Assembly: GCA_038087875.1 (NCBI GenBank)
Contig: CM075992.1
Span: 3,722,001 to 3,786,000, forward strand
Reading direction: 5' to 3'
From: Malacoraja senta
Taxonomy: Eukaryota
Length of the DNA: 64,000 bases
A program made the translations under genes and the position numbers. The notes beneath the pieces were generated by a model. That model was not told where the DNA came from and ran no database searches. It worked only from the letters and a program-made list of their open reading frames with translations. This document shows positions 1-14,960 of the stretch, piece by piece (positions within the stretch are counted from its first letter, which is position 1; each line of letters opens with the position of its first letter).

Positions 1-3000
1 CTTGAAAGCATCCAGAGAACCTGCCTCCACCGCCCTCTGAGGCAGAGAATTCCACAGACTCGCCACTCTCTGTGAGAAAAAGTGTTTCCTCGTCTCCGTT
101 CTAAATGGCTTACTCCTTATTCTTAAACTGTGTGGCCCCTGGTTCTGGACTCCACCAACATCGGGAACATGTTTCCTGCCTCTAGCGTGTCCAAGCCCTT
201 AACAATCTTATATGTTTCAATGAGATACCCTCTCATCCTTCTAAACTCCAGAGTGTACAAGCCCAGCTGCTCCATTCTCTGCCATTGCCAGGGTGCACTA
301 CACAAGGAGGCAAGGAGAACAATTGTCCTGTTGTCAGTCGCAAACTCCACCACAATTCACTGCTGTTTGCGCACATCTGCAACATCCCTCCCCAGGGAGT
401 TAAACCTGCCCTGCAGTATTCCTGAAAAGCCACCCTGTGCCTTTAGTACAGCAGCTGCAGACCAGCGTTAGACAACAGCCCTGCAAACTGGCTCACTGAA
501 GCCAGACAACAAAATGCTGGAGTAACTCAGCGGGACAGGCAGCATCTCTGGAGAGAAGAAATAGGTGATGTTTCGGGGCGAGACAATAGACAATAGGTGC
601 AGGAGCCAGCACCGCCATTCAATATGATTATGGCTGATCATCCACAATCAGTACCCCGTTCCTGCCTTCTCGCCATATCCCTTGACTCCACTATCAATAA
701 GAGCTCTATCTAACTCTCTCTTGAAAGCATCCAGAGAATTGGCCTCCCTTCTGAAGCAGAGACTTCCACAGACTGACAACTCTCTGGGTGAAAAAGCTAT
801 TCCTCATCTCCGTTCTAAATGGCCGACCTCTAATTCTTAAACTGTGGCCCCTGGTTCTGGATTCTTCTTCAGACTGAGACCCTTCTTCAGACTTAGATTT
901 TGCAGACTTCTTGGAAAGAAAAAATGTTAAAACTACATTATTAACAAGTAACAACTCTATCTCGGCACGCCCGAGATTTCTGCATCTTGGCTTCTGGTTT
1001 CATGTTTGCTCCAAACCTAATCATTCCATCAGAGGTACACATAAATGCTGGAGAAACTCAGCGGGTGCAGCAGCATCTATGGAGCGAAGGAGATAGGCAA
1101 CGTTTCGGCCCGAAACGTTGCCTATCTCCTTCGCTCCATAGATGCAGCTGCACCCGCTGAGTTTCTCCAGCATTTTTTGTGTACCTTCGATTTTCCAGCA
1201 TCTGCAGCTCCTTCTTTAACATTCCATCAGAGGTGCGTGTGTCCATGGCTCTCTAGTCCCCATCCCTCCACTGTGCTCCTTATAATCTTCTATTCTGCCC
1301 TATTATTCCAGCATTAAATTCTATCAGGACATTACTCAGGAGTCAAGAGCGTTTAATTGTCATATATCCCGAAAATGGAACGATTAAATTCTCACTTGCA
1401 GCAGAGGCACAGCAGATTCGTAAACACGTGCTCAATAGATAATATAATAAGCAAAACAAACAAAAAGTCCAATAAATACAAACACTTCCAGATTCAGGGA
1501 CAGTTTCTTCCCAGCTGTGATCAGGCAACTGAATCACTCTACCACAACCAGAGAGCAGTGCCTGAACTACTATCCACCTCATTGGTGACCCACGGACTAT
1601 CTTTGATCAGACTTTACTGGCACGATTCCCTTATCAAGTATCTACACGCTGTAAGTGGCTCGATTTCCAGAACCAGGGGCCACAGTTAAGAATAAGGAGT
1701 AAGCCATTTAGAACGGAGACGAGGAAACACTTTTTCTCACAGAGAGTGGTGAGTCTGTGGAATTCTCTGCCTCAGAGGGTGGTGGAGGCCGGTTCTCTGG
1801 ATGCTTTCAAGAGAGAGCTAGATAGGGCTCTTAAAAATAGTGGAGTCAGGGGATATGGGAGAAGGCAGGAACGGGGTACTGATTGGGGATGATCAGCCAT
1901 GATCACATTGAATGGCAGTGCTGGCTCGAAGGGCCAAATGGCCTACTCCTGCACTATTGTCTATTGTAATCATGTATTGTCTTTCCGCTGACTGGATAGC
2001 ACGCAGCAGAAGTTTTCACTGTAGTTTAGTTTAGAGATACAGCGCGGAAGCAGGCCCTTCGGCCCACCGAGTCCTCACCGACCAGCGATCCCCGCACATA
2101 AACGCTAGCCTACATACACCTAGGGACAATTTACACTTGTATCAAGCCTATTAACCTATTAATCTGTACGTCTTTGGAGTGTGGGAGGAAACCGAAGATC
2201 TCGGAGAAAACCCATGGGGAGAACGTACAAACTCATCCGTAGTCAGGATTGAACCCGGGTCTCCGGCACTGCATGCATTGTGAGGCAGCTACTCTACTGC
2301 CGTGCCGCCAACTGTACCACATTGACAATAAATTAAACTGAACTGAAATAAAAACACTAATATAGTGCAAAAACAAACCAAAGCCCAAGTCCCGAGCGCA
2401 ATCCAGGCATTCGGAGTTTAGTTGGAGTTCATTGTATTCAAATAGCCTGATGGCTATTGGGAAGAAGCTGTTCGTGAACCTGGGCGTTACGGTTTTCAGG
2501 CTCCTGAACCTTCTTCCTGATGGCAGGGGTGAAATGAAAGTGTGGCCAGGGTGGTGTGGGTCTCTGATAATATTGGCTGGCTATTTGAGGCAGCGCCTCT
2601 CTTAGATCCCTTCGATATATGGAGATGTCAGTAGTCCCGATGGACCGGGCAGTGTTCACATTTTGTAATCACATCAACAACTTGCGTCTAAACTGTGTTT
2701 TCAATCATTTTTAATGAAGGAACTATTTGCGAGGTGCCGATCTCAATTGCGCATCCAGAGAGGCAAAAGCTCACGTGATTAACTTAGTGTCAGATCTATT
2801 GGAGCTGGCAGTGTTGGTGCTGTGGGCTGTTGTTCAGCTCCATGCTCCCCGGAGATGCACAAGCTGCAGTTTTTGCGCCCTCACGTGCTAAATGATCAAC
2901 ACATCTCACTTGCACCTGTGACATCGCAGTTCTTCCATGCTTCAACATGGCACTGGAAACCATCAACATGGCACTGGAAACCAGCGGGAGACACAAAATA

Positions 3001-3009
3001 CCGGAGAAA

Positions 3010-3688
3010 CTGGAGTATTGTGCGCAGTTTTGGTCCCCTAATTTGAGGAAGGACATTCTTGCTATTGAGGGAGTGCAGCGTAGGTTTACAAGGTTAATTC
3101 CCGGATGGCGGGACTGTCATATGCTGAGAGAATGGAGCAGCTGGGCTTGTACACACTGGAATTTAGATGGATGAGAGGCTATCTCATTGAAACATATAAG
3201 ATTGTTAAGGTACACAAAAATGCTGGAGAAACTCAGCAGGTGCAGCAGCATCTATGGAGCGAAGGAAATAGGCAACGTTTCAGGCCGAAACCCTTCTTCA
3301 GACTTCTTCATATCCTTCTTCATAAGGTTGTTAACGGTTTGGACACGCTGGAGGCAGGAAACATGTTCCCGATGTTGGGGGAGTCCAGAACCAGGGGCCA
3401 CAGTTTAAGAATAAGGGGTAAGCAATTTAGAACGGAGACGAGGAAACACTTTTTCTCACAGAGAGTTGTGAGTCTGTGGAATTCTATGCCTCAGAGGGCG
3501 GTGGAGGCAGGTTCTCTGGATGCTTTCAAGAGAGAGCTGGATAGGGCTCTTAAAGATAGTGGAGTCAGGGGATATGGGGAGAAGGCAGGAACGGGGTACT
3601 GATTGGGGATGATCAGCCATGATCACTTTGAATGGCGGTGCTAGCTCGAAGGGCCGAATGGCCTACTCCTGCACCTATTGCCTATTGT
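3010..3688 (+). mobile_element. CR1-like LINE 3' fragment with nested Penelope-type terminal repeat (~3208-3325)
   Basis: [32 protein letters not shown]; ataag.ttgttaa duplicated around the nested piece. Confidence 0.88.
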
Positions 3689-4824
3689 AACTCAGCGGGC
3701 CAGGCAGCATCTTTGCAGAAAAGGAAGAGGTGTAGGAAAGAACTGCAGATACTGGTTTACACCGAGGATAGACACAAAAGGCTGGAGTAAACAGAGAGCT
3801 TTAAGGTCTTCATGGTTGGGGATGGACGTGACTGAACGTCCATAGTAAAGATGAGGGAGTGGGGGCCTGGAAAAGGGAAGTCATTGAATAGAAGGGCACG
3901 TAAGGTGTCTTGGACATATGTCGGGAGGGATAGGTGACGTTTTGAGTCGAGAACCTTCACACTGAAGGAGGGGTGGGAGATTGCAACCTTCACGTGGTCA
4001 GCCCTGTTTCAAAAAATGCAATCAACCTGGCGTGCACAATCAAATAAGATCAAATAGAACAAGTTGTCCCGCAACTTTAGGCTGTGCACGCCATACGCAA
4101 GAAGAAGACACTGAAGGAGAAATGATGTCCAAACATTGTTTATGCCCATCACTCCCCAGAGTATTCCTCCGTGTTTCCTCACACACACACACGCAGAAAG
4201 CACAATACAGTACAAGGTTTGCAGGGTAGTGCTGGCAACATCTCCGGGTGGATGCTTGCCCCCACTTTAAGTACACAGCCCCTCGGCACGGCGGGCTGAG
4301 GTTGCATCCCACGGCAACCCACCGCGCGTAAAATGGCGACCGCTCCAATCTCAATGATGCAACCGCGACGCCGTGCCTCTGGACAAACCCTTCCCCGTGC
4401 AGTGCAGTTGCCAAGTGACCCTCTCCTCTGCTTGGTCGGGCAAGAACAATGGCCGACACTCTGGCTCATTGTGCCAGCCTTTAGTGACGAAGGGAGAGAA
4501 ATTCTTTCCAGAGGATTGCAAATCCTCCACATTAGGAGGCTGTGTGGACACTCGGTTGTCGAGTAGATTCTAGACTAATATACAACAATATATTTGGTCG
4601 GAAGGAACTGCAGGTGCTAGTTTACACCAAACTTAAAAGTAACACAAAATGCTGGAGTAACCCAGTGGGTCCTGATGCTGCCTGACGCGCAAGGCTACTC
4701 CATCATTTTGTGTCTATCTTCTGCCCAATATATTTTCGGACATCAAAGGGATCATAGAGCTTAAGACGACACATCATGATGTCCTCATCCTCTGTGCCAC
4801 CTTCCCTCTCCAATCATAAGTACT

Positions 4825-5835
4825 CCCTCTCCCCTTCCCCCTCTCCTCCTCCCCTCTTTCCACCTCCCTCTCCACCATCCCCTCCCTCCCCCTCTTCCTC
4901 CCTTCCATCTCTCCATGCCCTCCTCTCCATCCCTCTGTCCCTCCCTTCCACCTCTCCATCCCCCTCTTCAACTCACCCCTTCCATCCCTCTCTCCATCCC
5001 CATCCCCCTCCCTTCCCTCTCTCCCTACCCCTCCTCTCCATCCCCCTCCTCCCTTCCCTCTCTCCTCCCCTCCATCCCCTCTCCCTCTTCCCCCTCCCTC
5101 TCCATCCCCTCTCCCTCTTTCCCCTCCCCCCATCCCCTACCTCTCCATCCCTCTCTCCCCCCCTCAATCTATCCCTCCCTCCATCCCCCTCTCTCTATCC
5201 CTCCCTCCACCCCCCTCCCTCTCCCTCCATCCCCTACCTCTCCCTTCCCTCTCTATCCTCTCCACCCCCTCCCTCCATCCCCTGCCTCGCTCACTCCCTC
5301 CATCCTCTCCCCTCTTCTCCCTCTCCATACCCCTCTTCCCTTCCATCTCCCTCTCACTCCCTCCCTTCATCTCTCCACCTCCCTCTCCCTCCATCCCCTA
5401 CCTCTCCCTCTTACTCTCTCTCTATCGCCTCCATCCCCTCTCCACCCCCTCCTTCTCTCTATCCCTCTCTCCACCTCTCCCTCACTCCCTCCACCCTCTC
5501 CATCCCTCTCTCCTCTTTCCCATTCCATCCATCCCCTACCTCTCCCTCCCTTCATCCCTCCATCTCTCCACCCCCCTCTCTCCCTCACTCCCTCCATCCC
5601 CTACCTCTCCCTCCATCCTCCCCCCCTCTTCCCTTCCCTTCCCTCATCCCTCCACCTCTCCCTCCATCCTCCCCCCCTCTTCCCTTCCCTTCCCTCATCC
5701 CTCCATCTCTCCATCCCTCTCTCCCTCATTCCCTACCTCTCCCTCCCTTCATCCCTCCATCTCTCCCTCACTCCCTCCATCCCCTACCTCTCCCTCCATC
5801 CCTCCCCCCCTCTTCCCTTCCCTCCATCCCCCTCA
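4825..5835. repeat. ~1-kb polypyrimidine/polypurine low-complexity tract
   Basis: cctccatccc-type degenerate units. Confidence 0.95.
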
Positions 5836-5836
5836 C

Positions 5837-6121
5837 CTCAGCAGGCTCCATCCCCAGCGCTAGGCCCAGCTTGGTGTACAGCTCCCTGACGTTGGTGAAC
5901 CCCTCCACACGCCCGGTGGCGCTGCCGTGGGCCAGCTGCGTGTGGAAGGCGAGTCGCGGCCGGAGAGGCCGGGGTCCGGGGGCTAGAGTAGGCCCGCTGC
6001 CCCCCGGCCCCACCCCCCGCCTCTCCGCCTCCAGCCACCGCTCCCGGGCCTCGGCCTCCACCGCCGCCGCCTCGTCCTGCTCCATCAGCGGCGAAGCCTT
6101 CCTCCAGCGGCCCAGCGGCAT
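5837..6121 (-). CDS. GIPC1: GIPC PDZ adaptor, first coding exon (95 codons); later exons not found in 1-5836
   Basis: [18 protein letters not shown]...[33 protein letters not shown]...PAE resembles the GIPC1 N-terminus (MPLGLGRRKKAPPLVENEEA...[30 protein letters not shown]); ends at GAG|GTGAGG donor; CpG-rich. Confidence 0.85.
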
Positions 6122-6370
6122 CGCACCGCAACCCGGCCCCTGGAGCTACTACACCCGCCTGCCTGCCGGCTCCTGTCAGCGGCCTAGGCCGGCCCACCGC
6201 CGCCTCCTCCTCCTCGCCTAGGCCCACCCACCCACCGCCGCCTCCTCCTCGCCTAGGCCCACCCACCCACCGCCGCCTCCTCCTGCTGCTGCTCCGCCCA
6301 CCGCCCACCGCCCGCCTCCCTCTCCCTCTCCCTCTCCCTCTCCCGGGCCCTCTCCAGCCGCGACTCACAA
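6122..6370 (-). promoter_or_regulatory. GC/CpG-rich 5' region of the GIPC gene with short ~33-bp tandem units
   Basis: CpG-dense sequence directly upstream of the ATG; repeated ctaggcccacccacccaccgccgcctcctcct unit. Confidence 0.5.
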
Positions 6371-6460
6371 GTCACCCATTCCATTCCTCCAGATGCTTTC
6401 TGACCCACTGAGTTACTCCAGCATTTTTGTGTCTACCTTCGAAATATATATATATACATA

Positions 6461-6572
6461 CAGTGGCGGACTGGGTTTAAAAATATTGGTTGCCAGGAGA
6501 CAAAGGGGGCCCACTTGCCATCGGGGGCCCACTTGCCATCGGCAAGCTGACACCCTGGCCAGTCCGCCACTG
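6461..6572. mobile_element. 112-bp hAT-like MITE within a TA/CA microsatellite
   Basis: Perfect 14-bp TIR cagtggcggactgg ... ccagtccgccactg. Confidence 0.8.
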
Positions 6573-7282
6573 TATATACACATACATATATATATACATA
6601 CATTACATATATCATATATATATACCATACTATATACATACATTTATATACACATACATATATATACACATACATTTATATACACATACATTATATACAC
6701 ATACATACATATATATACACATACATATATATACACATACATATATATACACATACATTTATATACACATACATATATATACACATACATACATATATAT
6801 ACACATACATTTATATACACATACATATATATATATACACATACATATATATACACATACATATATATACACATACATATATACACACACACACATATAT
6901 ATATATATATATGCACATACATATATACATACATATATATATATACATACATATATATATATACACATACATATATATATATACATATATATTTCTACAT
7001 ACATATATATACCCACATATATATATACACATACATATATATATATACACACATATATATACACACATACATACATATATATATGCACATATATATACAC
7101 ACATACATATATATATACACACATACATATATATATATACACATACATATATACACATACATACATATATACACATACATATATATATATACACATATAT
7201 ATACACACACATATATATACATTATATATATATACACGTATATATACACATATATATATACACATACCTTATATATACACAT
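6573..7282. repeat. (TA/CA)n compound microsatellite
   Basis: Direct reading. Confidence 0.98.
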
Positions 7283-7482
7283 NNNNNNNNNNNNNNNNNN
7301 NNNNNNNNNNNNNNNNNNNNNNNNNNNNNNNNNNNNNNNNNNNNNNNNNNNNNNNNNNNNNNNNNNNNNNNNNNNNNNNNNNNNNNNNNNNNNNNNNNNN
7401 NNNNNNNNNNNNNNNNNNNNNNNNNNNNNNNNNNNNNNNNNNNNNNNNNNNNNNNNNNNNNNNNNNNNNNNNNNNNNNNNNN
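7283..7482. other. Assembly gap (200 N)
   Basis: N run following a TA/CA microsatellite. Confidence 1.
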
Positions 7483-7727
7483 AAAGCAAACTGATGCTTG
7501 TGACCTTCGGGGACATTCACATTTCGGTTCAGTTTACCGAGGTACAGTGTAAAGCTTTTGTTGCGTGCTAACCAGCCAGCGGAAACACAATACATGATTA
7601 CAATCGAGCCATTCACAGTGTACAGATACACGATAAGGGAATAACGTTTAGTGCACGGTAAAGCCAGCAAAGTCCGATCAAGGATAGTCTGAGGGTCAGA
7701 GAATGGACAGATCTGAGAGGGGTTTAA

Positions 7728-8038
7728 AGGCCCTGTCCCACTTTCCCGAGTTACTCACGAACTCTCCCGAGTTTTCCCCTTGATTCAAACTCGGAGAATT
7801 ACGGTAATAGCCGTTCGTAGGTACTCGGGGCTGTTCTTTTAAACTCGTGGACATTTTTTATCAGGCTGGAAAAACGTCCCGACTTACCTGATGCCCCCGT
7901 GTACCGACGGCTGGCGTAACGAGCCGGTACAAAATATCTACGGACTCCTACGAGCTCGCTACCGACATTCCCCGAGTTTGAATCAAGGGGAAAACTCGGG
8001 AGAATTCGTGAGTAACTCGGGAAAGTGGGACAGGGGCT
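7728..8038. mobile_element. MITE with ~70-bp TIRs and TAA target duplication (Harbinger-like)
   Basis: taa|aggccctgtcccactttcccgagttactcacga ... tcgtgagtaactcgggaaagtgggacaggggct|taa. Confidence 0.85.
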
Positions 8039-8478
8039 TAAGAAATGTTGCTGCAGGAGTAGAGATTTAAGAGTGTGGAGCGATTGTAATATGTGGCTGT
8101 AGATCTGCTTCCGTGGCTAGCAGGCAAATAGTCGCCTGGTTGGGCGGCATCTTGGAAGAGTCAATGGAGATGACATCCATGCCTTAACATCAGAGCACCA
8201 GGTTCAAGAACAGCTGCCTCCCAAATACCATCAAGCAAAGATCTTTGCCATCAAGCTCTTGAACACTAAACTCTAACTAAACTATGAACTATGAACTCCC
8301 TTGGTTGCCCGAAGGATTTGGGGGTTTTTGCGATAGTATTGTTTTTTTTTAATTCATTGCATTTTTGTTTGTTTGTTATGCTACCTGCGAGTATTGTGTG
8401 TACAGGTCAGTTGTGTTACTGCATTTCATTGTTCGATTGTCATTACAAATGACTAATAAATCCCTCCCCCCCCCTCAT

Positions 8479-8790
8479 GGTGGCACAGTGGTAGAGTTGC
8501 TGCCTTACAGCGCCAGAGACCCTGTTTCGATCCTGACTACGGGTGCCGTCTGTACGGAGTTTGTACCTTCTCCCCGTGACCTGCGTGGGTTTTCTCCGGG
8601 TGCTCCATTTTCCTCCCTCACTCCAGAGACGTACAGGTTTGTAGGTTAATTGGCTTGGTGTAAATGTAAAATTGTCCCTCGTGAGTGTAGGATAAGTGTT
8701 AGTGTGCGGGGATTGCTGGTCGGTGCGGACTGGGTGGGCCGAGTGGGCCTGTTTCCGCGCTGTATCTCTAAACTAAACTAAGCTTAAACT
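8479..8790 (+). mobile_element. tRNA-derived V-SINE (HE1-like); representative of over 25 copies or fragments in the window
   Basis: A box tggcacagtgg, B-box-like gtttcgatcc, central gtgggttttctccgggtgctcc core, (ctaaa)n tail. Confidence 0.85.
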
Positions 8791-8928
8791 AAGAGACTCT
8801 CTGCTCTTACCCAATCTATTCCCCTCATGATGTTGCACCCCTCTACAACCACCCCTCATCCTCTTGCGCTCCAAGCAATAGAGTCCTTGCCTGCCCATTC
8901 TCTATAGATCAGGCCCTCGAGTCCTGGT

Positions 8929-9431
8929 GACAATAGACAATAGGTGCAGGAGTAGGCCATTCGGCCCTTCGAGCCAGCACCGCCATTCAATGTGATCATG
9001 GCTGATCATCCCCAATCAGTACCCCGTTCCTGCCTTCTCCCCATATCCCCTGACTCCTTTAACTTTAAGAGCCCTATCTAGCTCTCTCTTGAAAGTATCC
9101 AGAGAACCTGCCTCCACCGCCCTCTGAGGCAGAGAATTCCACAGACTCATCACTCTCTGTGAGAAAATGTGTTTCCTCGTCTCCGTTCTAAATGGCTTAC
9201 CCCTTATTCTTAAACTGTGGCCCCTGGTCCTGGACTCCCCCAACATCGGGAACCATGTTTCCTGCCTCTAGCGTGTCCAAACCCTTAACAATCTTATATG
9301 TTTCAATGAGATTCCCTCTCATCCTTCTAAACTCCAGAGTGTACAAGCCCAGCTGCTCCATTCTCTCAGCATACGACAGTCCCGCCATCCCGGGAATTAA
9401 CCTTGTAAACCTACGCTGCACTCCCTCAATA
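8929..9431 (-). mobile_element. CR1-like LINE 3' fragment (representative; similar pieces at 1-280, 1670-1970, 11215-11527, 21830-22110, 23500-24155, 45045-45765, 46008-46297)
   Basis: Shared ORF2 C-terminus and ctactcctgcacctattgtctattgt tail. Confidence 0.88.
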
Positions 9432-9570
9432 GTAAGTGAGATTGTGTGGTCTTTTATACTTGCCTTCCCCTCTCTCCCCTACTCTGGGTAAAACACTGTG
9501 CATTCACCCTTCCTAGTCCCCTCATGACTTTGTACACCTTTATAAGATCACCCCTCACCACTCATCCTCA

Positions 9571-10014
<444 letters not shown>

Positions 10015-11542
10015 CTATGGGGCGAAGGAATGGGTGACGTTTCGGGTCGAGACCCTTCCTCAGTCTGAAGAAGGGTCTCTCTTGAAAGCATCCAGAGAAC
10101 GTCACCTATTCCTTCGCTCCATAGATGCCGCCTCACCTGCTGAGTTCCTCCAGCATATTTGTCTACCTTCGATTTCTCCAGCATCTGCAGTTCTTTCTTC
10201 AACCTGTGTAGGAAGGAACTGTAGATGCCAGTTTAAACTGAAGCTAGACACAAGCTGGAGTAACTCAGCGGGACAGGCAGTATCTGTGGAGAGAAGGAAT
10301 GGGTGACGTTTCGGGTCGAGGCCCTTCCTCAGTCTGAAGAAGGGTATCGATCAGAAACGTCACCCATTCCTTCTCTCCACAGATGCTGCCTGTCCCGCTG
10401 AGTTACTCCAGCTTATTGTGTCTATCATTGAACTGTTTATCGGGAGTTGGTCCAAGGCTGGGATCGATGGTGGTAGTGACTCCATTACTCTATGATATTC
10501 AATCATGGGTGATCTGTCTTTCCCTCTCAACCCCATTCTCCTGCCTGTAGTTTAGTTTCGAGGTACAGCACGGAAACAGGCCCTTCGGCACCCCCCCCCT
10601 GAGTCCATGCCGACCAGCGATCGCCCCGTATACTAGCACTATTCTGCAACTAGGGACAATTTACAATTTTTTTTGAAGCCAATTATCCTACAAACCTGTA
10701 CGTCTTTGGAGTGTGGGAGGAAACTGGAGCGCCCAGAGAAAACCCACGCAGGTCACGGGGAGAACGTACAAACTCCGTACAGATAGCACCCGTAGTCGGG
10801 ATCGAACCCAGGCGCCTGGCGCTGTAAGACAGCAACTCTACCACTGCGCCACCGTGCTACCCATAGGAACGCAACACGGAAACCCTGGTTCGATCCTGAC
10901 CTGGGGTGCTGCCTGTGTGGAGTTTGCATGTTCTCCCTGTGACCACGTGGGTTTCCTCCGGTTTCTTCCCACATCCCAAAGACGTGCGGGTTTGTAGGTT
11001 AATTGGCTTTGGTAAAGTCCTTCTGCTGGGGAGGCAGTGGATGAGAAAGTGGGATAACACAGAACAAGTCTGAAGGAGTGATTGATGATCAGTGTGGACT
11101 CGGTGGGCCGAAGGGCCTGTTTCCATGATCAATCGATCGATCGATCCACCAACCAATCAATCGAGGGAGAGTTAGATACAGCTCTTAGGGCGAACGGAAT
11201 CACGGTATATCACGGACACGCTAGAGGCAGGAAACATGTTCCCGATGTTGGGGGTGTCCAGAACCAGGGGCCAGAGTTTAAGAATAAGGGGTAGGCCATT
11301 TAGAACGGAGACTTTTTCTCACAGATAGTGGTGAGTCTGTGGAATTCTCTGCCTCAGAGGGCGGTCTGGATACTTTCAAGAGAGAGCTAGATAGGGCTCT
11401 TAAAGATAGCGGAGTCAGGGGATATGGGGAGAAGGCAGGAACGGGGTACTGATTGGGGATGATCAGCCATGATCACATTGAATGGCGGTGCTGGCTCGAA
11501 GGGCCAAATGGCCTACTCCTGCACCTATATGTGCTTGTATCA

Positions 11543-11782
<240 letters not shown>

Positions 11783-11805
11783 TCAGAAAACCCCGAGTGT
11801 GAGCA

Positions 11806-12515
11806 ACATAGAAACATAGAAACATAGACAATAGGTGCAGGAGGAGGCCATTCGGCCCTTCGAGCCAGCACCGCCATTCATTGTGATCATGGCTGATCAT
11901 CCCCTATCAATAACCCGTGCCTGCCTTCTCCCCATATCCCTTGATTCCACCAGCCCCTAGAGCTCCATCTAACTCTCTCTTAAATCCATCCAGTGATTTG
12001 GCCTCCACTGCCCTCTGTGGCAGGGAATTCCATGAATTCACAACTCTCTGGGTGAAAAACGTTTTTTCTCACCTCAGTCTTAAATGGCCTCCCCTTTATT
12101 CTAAGACTGTGGCCCCTGGTTCTGGACTCGCCCAACATTGGGAACATTTTTCCTGCATCTAGCTTGTCCAGTCCTTTTATAATTTTATATGTTTCTATAA
12201 GATCTTCCTCTCATCCTTCTAAACTCCAGTGAATACAAGCCTAGTCTTTCCAATCTTTCCTCATATGACAGTCGCGCCATCCCAGGGATCAATCTCGTGA
12301 ACCTACGCTGCACTGCCTCAATCACAAGGATGTCCTTCCTCAAATTAGGAGACCAAAACTGTACACAATACTCCAGGTGTGGTCTCACCAGAGCCCCATA
12401 CAACTGCAGAAGAACCTCTTTACTCCTATACTGAAATCCTCTTGTTATGAAGGCCAACATTCCATTAGCTTTCTTCACTGCCTGCTGGACCTGCACGCCA
12501 ACTTTCAGTGACCGG
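11806..12515 (-). mobile_element. CR1-like LINE 3' fragment
   Basis: [49 protein letters not shown]; (tctatgtt)n tail. Confidence 0.9.
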
Positions 12516-13003
12516 CAATGATAATGTAGAGCTGGTGTGAACTTGGCGATCGATGGTGGCGTGAAGTGAGTGGGCTGATGAGTCTGTGTTCATGCTGTAT
12601 CTCTCGATCAAAAAAACCCAACAGATCATGGGTCATGAGACAGCGTGGGTTTCCTCCAGGTGCTCCGGTTTCCTCCCACTCTCCAAAGACGTGCAGGTGT
12701 GTAAATTAATTAGTTTGGATAAAAATTGTAAATTGATTCAAGTGTGTGTAGGATAGTGTTAGTGTGCGGGGATCGCTGGTCGGCGCGGACTCAGTGGGAC
12801 GAAGGGCCTGTTTCCGCGCTGTATCTCTAAACTAAACTAATCTAATCTAAACTAAACCAAACTTTCAAAATTCCATACAGACCCTAGTGTGTGTAGGGTA
12901 GTTTTAATGTGCAGGGATCGCTGGTCGGCACGGACTCAGTGGGCCGAAAGGCCTATTACTGCGTTGTATCTCTAAACTAAACTAATCTAATTTAATCTAA
13001 TCA

Positions 13004-13267
<264 letters not shown>

Positions 13268-14384
13268 CTATAGCGTCCATCACCATTCCTGGATCTCCGA
13301 AAGAATTTCACACCACCAATGAATTGCATCACAAACTCTTTGAATCACTTCCCTCTGGAAGGCGACTCCGGACTGTCAAAGCTGCCACAGCCAGACATAA
13401 AAACAGTTTTTATCCACGAGTAGTTGCTCTACTCAACAGCCCAAAATCTGTAGCCTCCCTTTGATCTGGTATTGTGTTGGTTCACATGCTTGATCAATGG
13501 TGTTTTATCATTAATGTCTTATTATTATTAATGTTTAGTGTTTTCTGAGTCATTCGTAACTGTCACTGTATGTCATGTTGTTACTTGTGGGCGGAGCACC
13601 AAGGCAAATTCCTTGTATGTGAATACTTGGCCAATAAACGTACTTACTTACTTACTTAATAGGAGTTTGATCGGACACCATTTGGAGTATTACATACAGT
13701 TCTAGTCGGTCCATTACAGGTAGAATGTGGAGGCTTTGGAAAGGTGCAGAGGAGGTTTACCCGAACAATGCCTGGATTAAGGGGTATTCGCTACAGGGAG
13801 AGGTTGGACAGACTTGGATTGTTTCCTCTGAAACACCAGAGGTTTTGGGGAGGCCTTTGTGGAAGTATATAAAATTATGAGATGTATAGATAAGGTAGAC
13901 AGTCAGAACCTTTTCCCGAGGATGGAAATTTGGTTTAGATTTTAGTTCAGTTTATTCTGGAGATACAGCGCGGAAACCCAGTCCCACCAAGTCAAAGTCA
14001 AAGTCACATTTATGAGTCTGCACCGACCAGCGATCCCCGTACATTAACATGATCCTATACCAGGGACAATTTTATATTTATACCAAGCCAATTAACCTGC
14101 AAACCCGCACGTCTTTGGAGTGTGGGAGGATACCGAAGATCTCGGGCAACCCAAGCAGGTCACGGGGAGAACGTGCAAACTCCGTACAGACAGCACCCGT
14201 AGTCAGGATTGAACCCGAGTCTCTGTAAGAGCTGTAAGGCAGCAACTACACCGCTGCGCACCATACCACCCCTTATCAAAGACAAATATTACAGATAAGT
14301 TGGCCTAGCCTTGAGGACTCCTGTAGGATAGACCCCTTCTCTTGCGGAGGGCCAGTGGAAGTGCCTGGGGCCTGGTCTGATCTA

Positions 14385-14591
<207 letters not shown>

Positions 14592-14714
14592 TCAAAGGCC
14601 AGAGGTCACGGCTTTAAGCTGAAAGGAGATGCACGGGGCAGGTCTTTTTTACAGAGTGTGGTGGTGCCTGGAACACCCTGGCTCCATCCTTCTAAACCTT
14701 GCCCATCCATTAAA

Positions 14715-14960
14715 ACAATAATAGTAATAATAGTAATAATGATAATAGTAGTAATAATAATTACAATAATAATACTACCACCACTAGTAATAATAATGGT
14801 AGCAATAATAGTAATAATCATAGTAATAATAATAGTAATAATGATAATAGTAGTAATAATAATTACAATAATAATGCTACCACCACTAGTAATAATAATA
14901 GTAGCAATAATAGTAATAATCATAGTAATAATAATAGTAATAATAACAACCAATAATAAT
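14715..14960. repeat. (TAA/TAG)n trinucleotide microsatellite with a higher-order duplication
   Basis: Direct reading; ctaccaccactag block occurs twice. Confidence 0.95.

Noticed and set aside
4776..6221. 481-aa and 324-aa Pro/Ser/Leu-rich ORFs
   Set aside because: Translation of a polypyrimidine tract and the antisense of the GIPC exon
6393..7571. Long Y/I/H/T ORFs
   Set aside because: TA/CA microsatellite plus N gap
8040..8150. Candidate VCP terminal exon after ctcttccaag acceptor
   Set aside because: Required phase gives RCRPTRRLFAC* with no similarity to the VCP tail
8375..8410. Minus-strand DLY codons as possible VCP HbYX tail
   Set aside because: Inside a LINE 3' tail, no immediate stop and no acidic upstream context
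8479..8560. tRNA genes
   Set aside because: A/B boxes belong to SINE heads followed by SINE body and tail
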